Assembly: GCA_964558115.1 (NCBI GenBank)
Contig: CAZLCI010000001.1
Span: forward strand, 6,336 to 70,335
DNA: 64,000 nucleotides
From: an uncultured Nitrospinaceae bacterium
GTDB lineage: Bacteria; UBA8248
Reading direction: 5' to 3'
How positions within the stretch are numbered: the stretch's first letter is position 1; every line of letters starts with the position of its first letter. Shown piece by piece: positions 19,261-29,895 of this stretch. The position numbers and the translations under genes are program-made. Under the pieces are notes generated by a model. That model saw nothing but the letters and a program-made list of their open reading frames with translations, was not told where the DNA came from and made no database searches.

Positions 19261-19638
19261 TCAGCTAGAATTTGAAGCAATTGAAATCCCGAGCCAAACA
19301 GCTAATAATCCAATAGTAATTGAAAGAAATACATAAGAAACTGCGAGAAATAATTTTCCGTCTTGCAACATTTGAAGTATTTCTAGGCTAAAAGATGAAA
19401 AAGTAGTTAGTCCTCCTAGAAAACCGGTCATTATAAAACGTCTATATTCTTCGGTTGCAATATTTCTCGATAGTAGATATTGCATACTATAACCAATTAA
19501 GAAAGAGCCAATAATATTGACCATTATAGTTCCGATTGGTATTGCATTGAGAGTAAATCTTTTGCAAACCAACTCTGTAAAGTAGCGTATAACGCTACCT
19601 AAAGCGCCTCCAAATGCAACTAGTATGATAATATTCAT
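19261..19638 (-). CDS. crcB: Fluoride ion channel CrcB/Fluc
   Basis: 125 aa; GGALGSVIRY and GFLGGLTTFSSFS motifs, 4 TM. Confidence 0.85.
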   Translation of the reverse strand: MNIIILVAFGGALGSVIRYFTELVCKRFTLNAIPIGTIMVNIIGSFLIGYSMQYLLSRNIATEEYRRFIMTGFLGGLTTFSSFSLEILQMLQDGKLFLAVSYVFLSITIGLLAVWLGISIASNSS

Positions 19639-19698
19639 CGTGGTTTTCGCTTTTATATCTTTAATTTTTTATTTAATTTTGCTACCGAGAATTCTATT

Positions 19699-20934
19699 AT
19701 GAATCTTAAAAATCACAAAGTTTATAAAAAAGAATGGTCTAATTTTATTAGTAAAAATAATTCTTCAATGAGAGAAGACGCTCTTTTCCGTTCTCTTAGA
19801 ACAGTTCATGGTTCTCAATCTCCAATGATGAAATTTAAAGGAAAAAAAATAATAATGATGTCGTCGAATAATTATCTAGGATTAGCAGATCATCCAGAAG
19901 TAATTCGTTCAGTTGCTCTTGCTGCTGAAAGATATGGAAGTAGTTCTGCGGCAAGTCCTTTGCTTTCTGGATTTATGCAAATTCATGAATCTTTGTGTAA
20001 ATTAATTTCATCTTGGAAGGAGAAAGAAAAAACAATTCTCTTTGGTTCAGGTTTTCTTGCAAATATAGGGACAATATCTGCTCTAATGGGTAAGGGAGAT
20101 GTGATTTTTAGCGATGAACTAAATCATGCGAGTATTATAGAGGGGTGTAGACTAAGTGCTGCAGAAGTAAAAATATATCCACATAATAATCTTGCTGTTC
20201 TTTCAAAACTTTTAGACCAAACGAGTAAGAAAAGTAAACGTTTGATAGTCGTAGATGGAGTTTTTAGTATGGATGGTGATCTAGCTCCTTTAGATGAGAT
20301 TGTTAGTATTGCAAAAAGATTCAATGCTCTTCTAATGGTTGATGAAGCGCATGCAACTGGAATTTTAGGAAAAAGAGGAAGAGGAGTTGCTTCACTTTAT
20401 AAAGTTGAAGATGAAGTAGATATCTCGATGGGAACACTTGGTAAATCACTAGCTTCTTATGGAGCTTTTGTTTCTGCAGATAGTGATGTAATAGATTTTT
20501 TAACGAATAAAGCAAGAACATTTATTTATTCAACTAGTATCCCACCTTCTGCTGTTGCAAGTGCTCTGAAAACAGTTCGTCTAGTTCAAGGGAGAGAGGG
20601 AGAAAAGAGAAGAAAAAAACTTTTAAACCTTTGTCATTATCTTTCAAGTGGTCTAGAGAGAATAGGACTTTCTGTAAACGAAGAAAAAAGTTGTAAAGAT
20701 GTCCCGATTTTCCCTCTGGTAATCGGAGATACAGAAAAAACATTAAGACTGTCTAATTTTTTAATGAAGGCCGGAATATTTTCTCTAGCTATTAGACCCC
20801 CTACAGTTCCAGAAGGTACAAGTAGAGTTAGGATTAGCTTAATGGCTACTCACAAAAAAGAACATATTGATAATCTTTTGGATGCATTAGAGATAGGTTC
20901 TAAGAAACTAAAAATTTCTTTGTGTAAAAACTAA
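19699..20934 (+). CDS. Class-II PLP alpha-oxoamine synthase (8-amino-7-oxononanoate synthase / KBL family)
   Basis: 411 aa; SSNNYLGLADHPEV, DEAHATGILG, PLP-Lys region GTLGKSLAS. Confidence 0.7.
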   Translation: MNLKNHKVYKKEWSNFISKNNSSMREDALFRSLRTVHGSQSPMMKFKGKKIIMMSSNNYLGLADHPEVIRSVALAAERYGSSSAASPLLSGFMQIHESLCKLISSWKEKEKTILFGSGFLANIGTISALMGKGDVIFSDELNHASIIEGCRLSAAEVKIYPHNNLAVLSKLLDQTSKKSKRLIVVDGVFSMDGDLAPLDEIVSIAKRFNALLMVDEAHATGILGKRGRGVASLYKVEDEVDISMGTLGKSLASYGAFVSADSDVIDFLTNKARTFIYSTSIPPSAVASALKTVRLVQGREGEKRRKKLLNLCHYLSSGLERIGLSVNEEKSCKDVPIFPLVIGDTEKTLRLSNFLMKAGIFSLAIRPPTVPEGTSRVRISLMATHKKEHIDNLLDALEIGSKKLKISLCKN

Positions 20935-21938
20935 TTGTCACTTATTTGAATAATTACGTTCCCAATCATTTCGCCACTTTCAACAGCTTCATTTGATTCG
21001 TGAATTTTATCGAGCGCAAATAATCTAGCAACGTTATGATTTAAGCTATTGGTTTTGAGTGCGTTTGTAATATCATCAGCTGCTTTTTGAAGGGCTTCAA
21101 AAGGGGAACAGTGAATCATTACTAGACGAATATTTGCATTGCCTAACATGAGCTCATAGTGTGGAAAACTAGGATTTCTGTCTCCCATAGATGAGTAAGA
21201 AGAAATGGTTCCGTTTTCTTTTAGAATTTTATAATTTATTTCCCAATGTACTCCTAAATTCACGTCAACTATCCGATCCACTCCTTCTCCATCAGTAATA
21301 CGCATAATTTCTGAAAAAACATCTGTATCTCTATAATTAATAATGTGATCAGCCATTAAGACTTTTTCTGCTTTTTCAGAAGAACTTACAGTAGTTATAA
21401 CATTTGCTTTGCCTAGTTTTGCAAGTTGTACTGCATAGTTCCCAACACTACCAGCACCGCCGGTTACTAGTATATTTTTCCCTGCGATATCTCCATCTGA
21501 ATAAAGACAACGATGGGCAGTCATAGCAGGAACTCCAAGACAAGCTCCTTCTATAAATGAAGTATTATCTGGTAAGCGAGAAATTAAAGTTGCGGGAATC
21601 GTAATAAATTCTGCTGCAGTACCGAATGCTCTCCTGTACCTTGCATTGAAAACCCAAACTCTATCTCCAACAGAGAAAGTTGAAACATCGCTACCTACTT
21701 TGTCAATAATTCCAGCACCGTCGTTATTTGGAATAATAATTGGAAAGTCAGGAAAATGATGCGCATAATTCCAGTCTTTATCTCCATGTCCAGATCTTCT
21801 TTTACAGTCAGTATGATTTACTCCAGAAGCATAAATACGGACTCTAACCTCATTTGGCATTGGTTCTGGATTTTCTAATTCGCCAATATTATAAACATCT
21901 CTTGCCTGTCCTTTTTTTTCATACCATGCTGCTAGCAT
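20931..21938 (-). CDS. MDR-family zinc-type dehydrogenase / quinone oxidoreductase
   Basis: 335 aa; GGAGSVGNYAVQLAK Rossmann motif; MDR layout. Confidence 0.7.
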   Translation of the reverse strand: MLAAWYEKKGQARDVYNIGELENPEPMPNEVRVRIYASGVNHTDCKRRSGHGDKDWNYAHHFPDFPIIIPNNDGAGIIDKVGSDVSTFSVGDRVWVFNARYRRAFGTAAEFITIPATLISRLPDNTSFIEGACLGVPAMTAHRCLYSDGDIAGKNILVTGGAGSVGNYAVQLAKLGKANVITTVSSSEKAEKVLMADHIINYRDTDVFSEIMRITDGEGVDRIVDVNLGVHWEINYKILKENGTISSYSSMGDRNPSFPHYELMLGNANIRLVMIHCSPFEALQKAADDITNALKTNSLNHNVARLFALDKIHESNEAVESGEMIGNVIIQISDN

Positions 21939-21966
21939 TTTAAATCCTACATAAAATTAATTAGTT

Positions 21967-22395
21967 TTAACCGTGAGTTACCAAAATCCCAAGATAAACG
22001 ACAATAGTTGCAAGAAGTAAGTTGAATGAGAGCCAAGATTTTTTCTTGTTCTTTAAAGCATCAAATCCTTTTGGGATTGTTAATGCGACCCCTATAAAAA
22101 TTATAATCAGAGCGAGAACTATTTTCACTATAAGTGGAGTTGGGATAGTCATACCTTCTCTGATGAGGCGGGTTATATGGTGTATTCCTGTTAAAATAAG
22201 AAGTAAAAACGAAGTATGAAGAATAGGAACAAAACGTTTTCTGAGTGTTAATTGAAATCGTTGTTTTTCTTCATCTGAAAGGCTTTCTGAAAAGGGTAAT
22301 GCTACAAATCTGAGAAAAGCTACTCCACCCACTGATAGGATTGCGCATATTACATGCAAAGTTGTGACAATTATGTTCCCAGTACTATATCCCAT
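21967..22395 (-). CDS. Hypothetical integral membrane protein
   Basis: 142 aa, 4 predicted TM helices. Confidence 0.4.
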   Translation of the reverse strand: MGYSTGNIIVTTLHVICAILSVGGVAFLRFVALPFSESLSDEEKQRFQLTLRKRFVPILHTSFLLLILTGIHHITRLIREGMTIPTPLIVKIVLALIIIFIGVALTIPKGFDALKNKKKSWLSFNLLLATIVVYLGILVTHG

Positions 22396-22495
22396 GGTTG
22401 GAAACTCCTAAATTGATTAAATTTTAAAGGGCTTTCGATAAAAAATTATGATAGCCAATTCTTATTATATTACGATTTACAATTATAATAAACTT

Positions 22496-22921
22496 TTATT
22501 CTTTTTCTCTAATTTCTTTTACGCGGTCTTCAACTAACTGCATGAGTTCTTCTGCATTATCAACAGGGTTGTAATCTTCTCCCATGACTCCGCTACCTGC
22601 AGGACTTTTTGCTGCAAAAAACACACACTTATCATCGAGAGATTGTCCTCCTCCATGAACAGAATTTCGAGGAATATGAATTAAATCACCGGGTTCAGCA
22701 TATACTACTTTGCCGTCTAGAATCATTACTCTACGGCCTTCTAAAATTAAATTGAACTGTTCATCATTTGGATGAAAATGGGGAGGTGCACCTTTGTCTT
22801 TTTGATAAACAACTATCCCAACCTTCATTAGATCCCCTTTAACTCTTTGCATTTCTGCTTCAGGGGTAGACTCTTCTCGATTTTTTTCCATTTCAAAAAT
22901 TTTATGTATTGGCATCTTCAT
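22496..22921 (-). CDS. Cupin domain protein
   Basis: 141 aa; HFHPNDEQFNLILEG ... GDLIHIPRNSVHG cupin motifs. Confidence 0.55.
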   Translation of the reverse strand: MKMPIHKIFEMEKNREESTPEAEMQRVKGDLMKVGIVVYQKDKGAPPHFHPNDEQFNLILEGRRVMILDGKVVYAEPGDLIHIPRNSVHGGGQSLDDKCVFFAAKSPAGSGVMGEDYNPVDNAEELMQLVEDRVKEIREKE

Positions 22922-22984
22922 ATACTCCAGTTTAATTGTCTTTTTTACATGGTCAAATAATATTTTCTCATTTCTATTTTATTT

Positions 22985-23671
22985 TTATTCCTTTGAAATG
23001 AAACTTGTTTTATTAGGAATAATTAATTTTGGCTCAGAGAATTTTTCGATCAATTCCTGATTAAGTCCAGTCGTAATTTCCTTGAGTATAGGACCCTTCT
23101 CAGTAATTTCTATTAGTGCCATATCAGTAAAAATTTTCGTTACCACTTTTTTTGCAGTAAGTGGATAAGAACATTTTTTGAGAAATTTGAGCATTCCATC
23201 TTTAGTGATATGTTTCATTACAGCATATACTTCCTTTACTCCCTTAGCTAAATCCATAGCTCCTCCGATACCACCTCTGGCCTCTCCTGGAACAGTCCAA
23301 TTTGCAAGATCTCCATTTTCAGATACTTGAAGAGCACCCAAAATGGCAATATCAATGTGCCCTCCTCTTATCATGGAAAACGCTTCCGCATGGTCAAAGA
23401 TTGATGCCCCTTTTATTGGTACGATGGGTTCTCTGGACGCATTAATATAATTTAAATCTTCTTCTCCTTCTTTTGGTTTAGGTCCAGTCCCTAAGATTCC
23501 GTTTTCTGCCATAAATAAAATTCCTTTTAATGGATCGACATAATTTGCGACAAGAGTAGGGATACCAATGCCAAGATTAACAGTAGATCCATCCGGAATT
23601 TCTTTTGCAATACGTTTGGCTATATCTGTTGGAGTCAACAAAAGATCACTATATTTCGGATCGAAGCTCAA
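22985..23671 (-). CDS. 3-oxoacid CoA-transferase subunit B (family I)
   Basis: 228 aa; ENGILGTGP ... catalytic Glu region SENGDLANW; follows subunit A with 23-nt overlap. Confidence 0.85.
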   Translation of the reverse strand: MSFDPKYSDLLLTPTDIAKRIAKEIPDGSTVNLGIGIPTLVANYVDPLKGILFMAENGILGTGPKPKEGEEDLNYINASREPIVPIKGASIFDHAEAFSMIRGGHIDIAILGALQVSENGDLANWTVPGEARGGIGGAMDLAKGVKEVYAVMKHITKDGMLKFLKKCSYPLTAKKVVTKIFTDMALIEITEKGPILKEITTGLNQELIEKFSEPKLIIPNKTSFISKE

Positions 23672-24347
23672 TATTTTCTCCTACGACAATTTTATTAACA
23701 TATACACTAGGTGTTTGTACAGATTCAGGTTCTATTTCTCCTGTTTCTACTAATAATTCGGTTTCTGCGATAGTTATTTTTGCAGCTTTTGCCATTACAG
23801 GATTAAAATTGCCTGCAGTTCCTTTGTAAGTTAGATTCCCAAGATTATCCGCCTGATGACATTTAATTAGAGCAAAGTCAGTTTGCAGGGAAAACTCCAG
23901 AACGGTTTTCTCGCCATTAAAACTTCTTGTTTCTTTTCCTTGTTCAAAATCTGTATCAACTGCAGTTTTAGTATAAAAGGCAGGAATTCCTGCACCACCA
24001 GCTCTTAGTCTTTCAGCAAGTGTTCCTTGAGGAACTTGCTCAAGTTCTATCTCTTTGGATATAAAAAGATCACGAAAAATATAAGAATTTTTATGGAAAG
24101 CATAAGAACATATCAGTTTTTTTACTTTTTTTTGCTTTATTAACGCAGATAATCCTTGTTCTCCCTGTCCAGCATGATTTGAAACTATTGTTAGGTCATG
24201 TACATCATGTTCCAATAATGCCTCTAATAAGTTTTCAGGAATTCCTATTCCCCCAAACCCACCGATTGAGACTATTGATCCATCTTGGATTTCAGAAACT
24301 GCTTCTGAAGATGATGAAATGATCTTTTTTTTTGAAATTTTTTTCAC
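23649..24347 (-). CDS. 3-oxoacid CoA-transferase subunit A (family I)
   Basis: 232 aa; DGSIVSIGGFGGIGIPENL N-terminal glycine-rich motif. Confidence 0.85.
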   Translation of the reverse strand: MKKISKKKIISSSSEAVSEIQDGSIVSIGGFGGIGIPENLLEALLEHDVHDLTIVSNHAGQGEQGLSALIKQKKVKKLICSYAFHKNSYIFRDLFISKEIELEQVPQGTLAERLRAGGAGIPAFYTKTAVDTDFEQGKETRSFNGEKTVLEFSLQTDFALIKCHQADNLGNLTYKGTAGNFNPVMAKAAKITIAETELLVETGEIEPESVQTPSVYVNKIVVGENIELRSEI

Positions 24348-24469
24348 AAAAATTAATAAACCTATAAATGAAACAAATATTTTTTTATTTATCTATTTAT
24401 AATCTGAAATTATGATAAATTGAAGGGTATAAATACTTAATCTTTAATTTTTTCTTTTAGGAACATGAT

Positions 24470-25531
24470 ATGGCGAAGCATTCGATAGCGTTAATTCCTG
24501 CAGATGGCATAGGTCCAGAAGTCATAGGAGAAACTGTTCGAGTTCTTCGTGCGCTTGTTAAGATTGACAAACAATTGAAATTAGATTTTAGAAAACTTCC
24601 ATGGGGCAGTGATTTTTATCATAAGCATGGGAAAATGTGCCCAGACGATTTTTTGACTACTTTAGAATCTTTTGATGCCATACTACTGGGTGCGGTTGGG
24701 CGACCAGATATTCCTGATCATATTACGCTTAATGAATTGCTTTTACCTATAAGAAGAGGTTTTGATTTGTATGTTAATAAGAGGCCAATCATTCTTTACG
24801 AAGGTCTAAAATCTCCTCTTAGGGATTATGTTCCTGGAGATATAGATATTCTTTTCTTTCGTGAAAATACTGAAGGTGAATATAGTCCTATGGGAGGACG
24901 TCATTATGAAGGCCATTCTAATGAAATTGCGACTCAAATAGCTATTTTTTCACGTTTAGGTTGTAAAAGAATTATTGAAGAGTCATTCGAAGCTTCTTTG
25001 AAAAGAAAAAAGCATGTGACCAGTGTAACAAAATCAAATGCACAAGGACATACTTTAGTTTTGTGGGATGAAATTTTCGACGAAGTTGCTAAACAAAAAA
25101 AATATCAAAGAGTCAAGACAAATAAACTTCTCGTAGATGCTGCAGCTTTAGATTTTGTGAGAAAGCCTGAAATTTTTGATGTTGTAGTATCGACGAATTT
25201 GTTCGCTGATATTTTAACAGATCTTGGTGCTGGTATTGTAGGAGGTTTAGGAATTGCAGCAAGTGCGAATTATAATCCTAATGGAAAAGTTCCAGGACTT
25301 TTTGAGCCCGTTCACGGTTCTGCCCCAGATATAATGGGAAGAGGAATATCAAACCCTGTTGCAACACTTTTTTCGGCTTCTATGATGCTTGAATTTCTTG
25401 GAGAAGAAAAAGCATCTTCCCGTTTAGATGCTTCAATTCGTGAACATTTATCCTCAGGAAATACCACCCCGGATTTGGGAGGTTCAGGTTCTACTAAATC
25501 TGTTGCTAGCGAAATTATAAAAAATTTATAA
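24470..25531 (+). CDS. Isocitrate/isopropylmalate dehydrogenase family (tartrate/D-malate dehydrogenase-like)
   Basis: 353 aa; IALIPADGIGPEV start, NLFADILTDLGAG, GSAPDI motifs. Confidence 0.8.
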   Translation: MAKHSIALIPADGIGPEVIGETVRVLRALVKIDKQLKLDFRKLPWGSDFYHKHGKMCPDDFLTTLESFDAILLGAVGRPDIPDHITLNELLLPIRRGFDLYVNKRPIILYEGLKSPLRDYVPGDIDILFFRENTEGEYSPMGGRHYEGHSNEIATQIAIFSRLGCKRIIEESFEASLKRKKHVTSVTKSNAQGHTLVLWDEIFDEVAKQKKYQRVKTNKLLVDAAALDFVRKPEIFDVVVSTNLFADILTDLGAGIVGGLGIAASANYNPNGKVPGLFEPVHGSAPDIMGRGISNPVATLFSASMMLEFLGEEKASSRLDASIREHLSSGNTTPDLGGSGSTKSVASEIIKNL

Positions 25532-25548
25532 ATAAAAGGAATTAATTT

Positions 25549-26073
25549 ATGTCTCTTGTTACAAGACGTGGGGACGATGGGAAAACTGATTTATGGTTTG
25601 CAGATAGAGTTTCTAAGTACCACCCTCAAGTAGAAGCTTATGGTGCAATGTATGAATCTCAGGGAGCTCTTGGGTTAGCCAGATCGAATGCTCCTGAATG
25701 GTTAAAACCTGAAATTTTAAAAATACAGAAAGATATTTTTGTTATTAGTGCAGAGTTAGCAACTCTTCGAGGAAAAAATTCTTTGCTTAAGGAAAGAGTT
25801 GATAAAAAGATGGAGCAATGGATTGATTCTCAGATCGAAAGATATGAAAAAATTATCAAAATAGAAAATTGGTATATATCCGGAGAATCTGCCAGTGGTT
25901 CAGCACTTGACCTCGCACTTTCAATTATTAGACGAGGAGAACGTTGGGTAGTTAAAATACGAGATGAGGGATATATAGAGAATCCGCATTTAATGATCTA
26001 CTTGAACCGTCTTTCAGATTTATTATTTCTTATGGCAAGATCTTGTGACCAGGATATTGAGATTTCTTCATGA
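25549..26073 (+). CDS. PduO-type ATP:cob(I)alamin adenosyltransferase
   Basis: 174 aa; TRRGDDGKTDL N-terminal signature, EAYGAMYE. Confidence 0.75.
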   Translation: MSLVTRRGDDGKTDLWFADRVSKYHPQVEAYGAMYESQGALGLARSNAPEWLKPEILKIQKDIFVISAELATLRGKNSLLKERVDKKMEQWIDSQIERYEKIIKIENWYISGESASGSALDLALSIIRRGERWVVKIRDEGYIENPHLMIYLNRLSDLLFLMARSCDQDIEISS

Positions 26074-27144
26074 AGAGTTTTCGTCTGAGATAATATAATA
26101 GTCATAGACAGCTTCTAATCCGACTTTTGCTGTTGCTGCAAAAGGTACAGCTAGCAGTATTCCTATAAAACCAAGTAATTCGCCGCCAACTAAAATTGCA
26201 GACAAAATTACGACCGGATGTAACCCAATTTTTTCTCCAAGAATTTTTGGAACAAGGAACATGCCAGTTAAACTTGATAAAACTCCAAAGATTAAGAGTA
26301 CTCCAAAGAAATGAGTCCAATCTTGATGTTGGAGTGCAGTAAGAAGAACTACTATAGGAAATGCTATGATCCATTCAACATAAGGAAACATACTTGCGAG
26401 ACCTGTTAGAATACCGAGTAGAAGCCAAAGAGGTACATCCATAAAATAAAAACCTAACATATATAGTACAGAAAGTATTATTCCTACAATTAGTTGCCCC
26501 TTGATAAAGGCAGACAGTAATTCGTCCAAACGGAAAAAACGTTTTTCAACTTCTTTCCGATAGTCTGGATGTACATATTGTAAAAAAGTAGGAGAAATTC
26601 TTTTCATATCTCTTCCGATATAAAAAACAATTACCGGAATAAGGCCTATATATAAGACACTCATGGCAATAGAGAAAATACCTTTTGTAGTAGAAAGCAA
26701 AAAATTACTCGAGGCTTGAAGAGTTTTTAAGGGAACAGACGCGAATAGATTTAAATTTTCAGAGATGAATTTTTGTAATTCTGCCTGTGAACTTATTTTT
26801 AATTTCATAAGAAATTTTAAAATCCATAATTCTAAAATCTTTATATATTTTGGAATATTGCTTGAAAATGATTCTATCTGGGTTTTCACCTGAGGACTCA
26901 GACCTACAAAAAGTAGGACTAGCAAAAGAGCAAAGATAAACAACACTATCAAAATACCAAATCCTCGGGGTATCTTTCTTTTATGGAGAAATTCAACAAT
27001 AGGTTGTGTTGCATAAGCGAAAATAAAAGAAAATATAATGGGAGTAAGAGCAGAACGGGCAGAAAAAATGAGCCATAGACTAAAACCAAAAATTATTACT
27101 AGCCACATTCTTTTCCAGGTCATAAATGGAGAACTTTTATCCAA
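26068..27144 (-). CDS. AI-2E family transporter (UPF0118/PerM-like)
   Basis: 358 aa; 8 TM helices, family-typical topology and C-terminal acidic tail. Confidence 0.65.
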   Translation of the reverse strand: MDKSSPFMTWKRMWLVIIFGFSLWLIFSARSALTPIIFSFIFAYATQPIVEFLHKRKIPRGFGILIVLFIFALLLVLLFVGLSPQVKTQIESFSSNIPKYIKILELWILKFLMKLKISSQAELQKFISENLNLFASVPLKTLQASSNFLLSTTKGIFSIAMSVLYIGLIPVIVFYIGRDMKRISPTFLQYVHPDYRKEVEKRFFRLDELLSAFIKGQLIVGIILSVLYMLGFYFMDVPLWLLLGILTGLASMFPYVEWIIAFPIVVLLTALQHQDWTHFFGVLLIFGVLSSLTGMFLVPKILGEKIGLHPVVILSAILVGGELLGFIGILLAVPFAATAKVGLEAVYDYYIISDENSS

Positions 27145-27162
27145 GATAATCTCTTTAAAAAG

Positions 27163-27726
27163 TTAAGTTTTTAAAACATCTTTTCTAATTAAACGCAAAC
27201 CAACGAAAAAAAGATAATGTATTCCAGAAACAATAGTAAATATTCCTGTTAGTATAAATAAAATGTACAAAGTATCAAGATTTTTTAAACCTGATGATAA
27301 TGATACCAGAAGTACAATAATGATAGTAGACATTTGAAATACTGTTGTTGTTTTTCCTAGATACGATGGTTTTATAATATCAGGACTTGTTATTGTTCTA
27401 AGAATAAAAAACCCTGAAACTAAAATTATATCTCTTCCTATTACTAATACTGCAAGCCAAACGGGAAGATAATTAAAAGAGGATAATAATAGAAAAGCGG
27501 TAAGCATTAAAATTTTATCTGCTGCTGGATCTAGAATACTTCCTAGTGATGTAATTTCCTTTCTGCTTCTTGCTAAAAAACCATCTATACCGTCTGCAAT
27601 GCTAGCTATTGCAAACGATATCAAAGCACAACCCTCAAATCCATTAAGGATGCAAATAATGAATAAGGGGACCAAAATTAGTCTTCCAAGTGTAACCTTA
27701 TTTGCTAAGGTAAGATTTTTATTCAT
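27163..27726 (-). CDS. pgsA: CDP-diacylglycerol--glycerol-3-phosphate 3-phosphatidyltransferase
   Basis: 187 aa; NKVTLGRL...DGIDGFLAR...G..LDP.ADK CDP-alcohol phosphatidyltransferase motif. Confidence 0.8.
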   Translation of the reverse strand: MNKNLTLANKVTLGRLILVPLFIICILNGFEGCALISFAIASIADGIDGFLARSRKEITSLGSILDPAADKILMLTAFLLLSSFNYLPVWLAVLVIGRDIILVSGFFILRTITSPDIIKPSYLGKTTTVFQMSTIIIVLLVSLSSGLKNLDTLYILFILTGIFTIVSGIHYLFFVGLRLIRKDVLKT

Positions 27727-27837
27727 GAAAAATCCGAAAACTGTTTTTAGAAAAAGTTATTTTACCCTAATTCTGGTAAAATTTTTAGTCAGGTAATAAC
27801 ACTATTCTACTAAAATACTTTGTCGTTAATTAAAAGC

Positions 27838-28614
27838 TTAATTTTCTAAGTTGGTAAGTTTTTTTAGTTTGCGGATTTCTTCAGGTGTTAGAGGTCTGAT
27901 TTTTCCAGGTAAAAGACCTTTAATCGTTATTCCTGCATATGAATAACGATTTAATTGAATTACGGAATGACCCACTGCACGACACATTCTCTTAACTTGA
28001 TGATTTTTGCCTTCTCTAAGTTTAATTCTAAGCCATGTATTTTTTTTTGTTTTTTTAGGAAGAATTTCTACTTCGCTTTTTAAAAGATGTTTTGTTTTTC
28101 TTTTTTGTGAACCCTCTTTATTTTTTTCAAGTGCTAACCAAGCCCCTGATTCCATTTTTTCTAGATCTTTTTTGTCTGGGATACCTTCTATTTTTACCAT
28201 ATAAACTCTCTGAATTTCATATTTAGGATGCATCAGGCGATTCGCGAGTTCTCCGTCGTTTGTCAAAACAAGGGTGCCTTTTGCATCAAAATCTAATCGT
28301 CCTACAGGAAAAACTCTGGCTTTTTTGGTTGGTAGAAAGTCAGGGATCCGCAAACGGGTCTCGCCTTCGTCTTCACTCATAGTAGTTAAAACAGAACGAG
28401 GTTTATGCATGACTAAATATAGCAAACCTTCTCGTTTTGTTATTAGTTTTCCATTTACCTTAATAGAATCAATCGAGGGTTCAGCTTTTGTTCCTAAGGC
28501 ACGAATAATCTTACCGTTTACACTAACAACTCCACTTGAAATAAGTTCCTCAGCTTTGCGCCTTGAAGCAACACCAGCTTGTGCGATTATTTTCTGTAAT
28601 CTTAAGGAGGTCAT
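27838..28614 (-). CDS. rluB: 23S rRNA pseudouridine synthase, RsuA/RluB family
   Basis: 258 aa; S4 domain (RLQKIIAQAGVASRRKAE), catalytic GRLDFDAKGTLVLTNDGEL, K/R-rich C-tail. Confidence 0.8.
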   Translation of the reverse strand: MTSLRLQKIIAQAGVASRRKAEELISSGVVSVNGKIIRALGTKAEPSIDSIKVNGKLITKREGLLYLVMHKPRSVLTTMSEDEGETRLRIPDFLPTKKARVFPVGRLDFDAKGTLVLTNDGELANRLMHPKYEIQRVYMVKIEGIPDKKDLEKMESGAWLALEKNKEGSQKRKTKHLLKSEVEILPKKTKKNTWLRIKLREGKNHQVKRMCRAVGHSVIQLNRYSYAGITIKGLLPGKIRPLTPEEIRKLKKLTNLEN

Positions 28615-28768
28615 TTAATTGTATCCGATTAAAAAAACTAAGCTAACATAAATGCTATCATGTTTTTTTTGCAAATTAATAATTATAATATTTTTAGTTT
28701 TTAATCGATCTTTCTTTTTAAGGTAACAAATCAAATAAAACAGAGACTTTTTAAAAAGGAGTCGAACT

Positions 28769-29875
28769 TTGTCTTTTGATTCTAAAATTTTAAGTGTTAC
28801 TCCGATTCATTTGAGTATTCCTCTCACAAAACCTGTTTATGTTTCGACTTTTCATATGAAGTCGGTGGAGACGTGTCTCGTCAAGGTTAGGACGAGAGAC
28901 GGTTTGGAGGGATTGGGATGGAGTTTTGCTTTTGGAGCAGAGCGCGCTCGAGCAATAGTCGCAATGGTTCGAGATCTGTCAGGAATTTTAGTAGGAAAAG
29001 ATCCTACAAAACTCGAGGATAATTGGAATGCTATGAGGAGTTCTGTAAGTTTTGTCGGCAGAGACGGGATAAGTGCAATGGCCATTGCAGCTTTAGATAC
29101 AGCTTGTTGGGATATAAGTTCTAAAATTAGCGAAATGCCACTTTGGAAATATTTGGGCGGGAAAAAGACGCAGATACGTTGCTATGCAAGTGAAGGATTA
29201 TGGTTGAACTATTCAATAGAACAATTACAAGAAGAGGCTTTATTTTTCAAAAGTCAAGGATTTAAAGGAATGAAATTGCGTGTTGGAAAGAACGAGTTAC
29301 AGGAGGATATTGATAGAATTGTTGCTGTTCGTGAAACTATTGGTGAGAAAATGAATTTGATGATTGATGTAAATCAAGGCTGGAATAGAGAAGAAGCATT
29401 TAAAGCGATTGAAAGTTTAAAACTTTTTAATTTGACATGGATTGAAGAGCCTGTTGATCATGAGGACTATTTGCTTTGTAGCGAAATTAAAGAAAAAAGT
29501 TTAATCCCTATTTGCAGCGGAGAGACAAATTATAACGTTGGAGGTATGCTTCGCCTCCTTTCTGAGAATTGCGTAGATTTTTTAATGCCCGATTTACAAA
29601 GATGTTCTGGAATTACTGGTTGGCAAAAAGTTTCTGAAATAGCTAAAAAATATTCTGTAAAACTTACTTCTCATTTATTTCATGAAGTTTCTGCTCATCT
29701 TATGAGTAATGAAAATACACAATTTTGGTGTGAATATATGCCTTGGTGGGATTGTATTTTTGAAATAAATCATCAGATTTCAAAAGGTAAAATTATTCTG
29801 TCTGAAGAACCTGGTATTGGTTTAGAAATAAAAAAAGGAGTTCTCGATAAATTCTCTCCTCCTGTTGGAGGATAG
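28769..29875 (+). CDS. Enolase-superfamily enzyme (mandelate racemase / muconate lactonizing enzyme family)
   Basis: 368 aa; KLRVGK, MIDVNQGW, IEEP metal-ligand spacing typical of MR/MLE. Confidence 0.75.
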   Translation: MSFDSKILSVTPIHLSIPLTKPVYVSTFHMKSVETCLVKVRTRDGLEGLGWSFAFGAERARAIVAMVRDLSGILVGKDPTKLEDNWNAMRSSVSFVGRDGISAMAIAALDTACWDISSKISEMPLWKYLGGKKTQIRCYASEGLWLNYSIEQLQEEALFFKSQGFKGMKLRVGKNELQEDIDRIVAVRETIGEKMNLMIDVNQGWNREEAFKAIESLKLFNLTWIEEPVDHEDYLLCSEIKEKSLIPICSGETNYNVGGMLRLLSENCVDFLMPDLQRCSGITGWQKVSEIAKKYSVKLTSHLFHEVSAHLMSNENTQFWCEYMPWWDCIFEINHQISKGKIILSEEPGIGLEIKKGVLDKFSPPVGG

Positions 29876-29895
29876 AATTTATCATTAAGTATTCT

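Noticed and set aside
19639-19698. Looked for a fluoride (crcB-motif) riboswitch in the 5' leader of the minus-strand crcB gene
   Set aside because: The 60-nt leader (revcomp AAUAGAAUUCUCGGUAGCAAAAUUAAAUAAAAAAUUAAAGAUAUAAAAGCGAAAACCAC) lacks the conserved GGnGAnGG...CnGCC pseudoknot elements, and the region is also the promoter of the divergent bioF-like gene.
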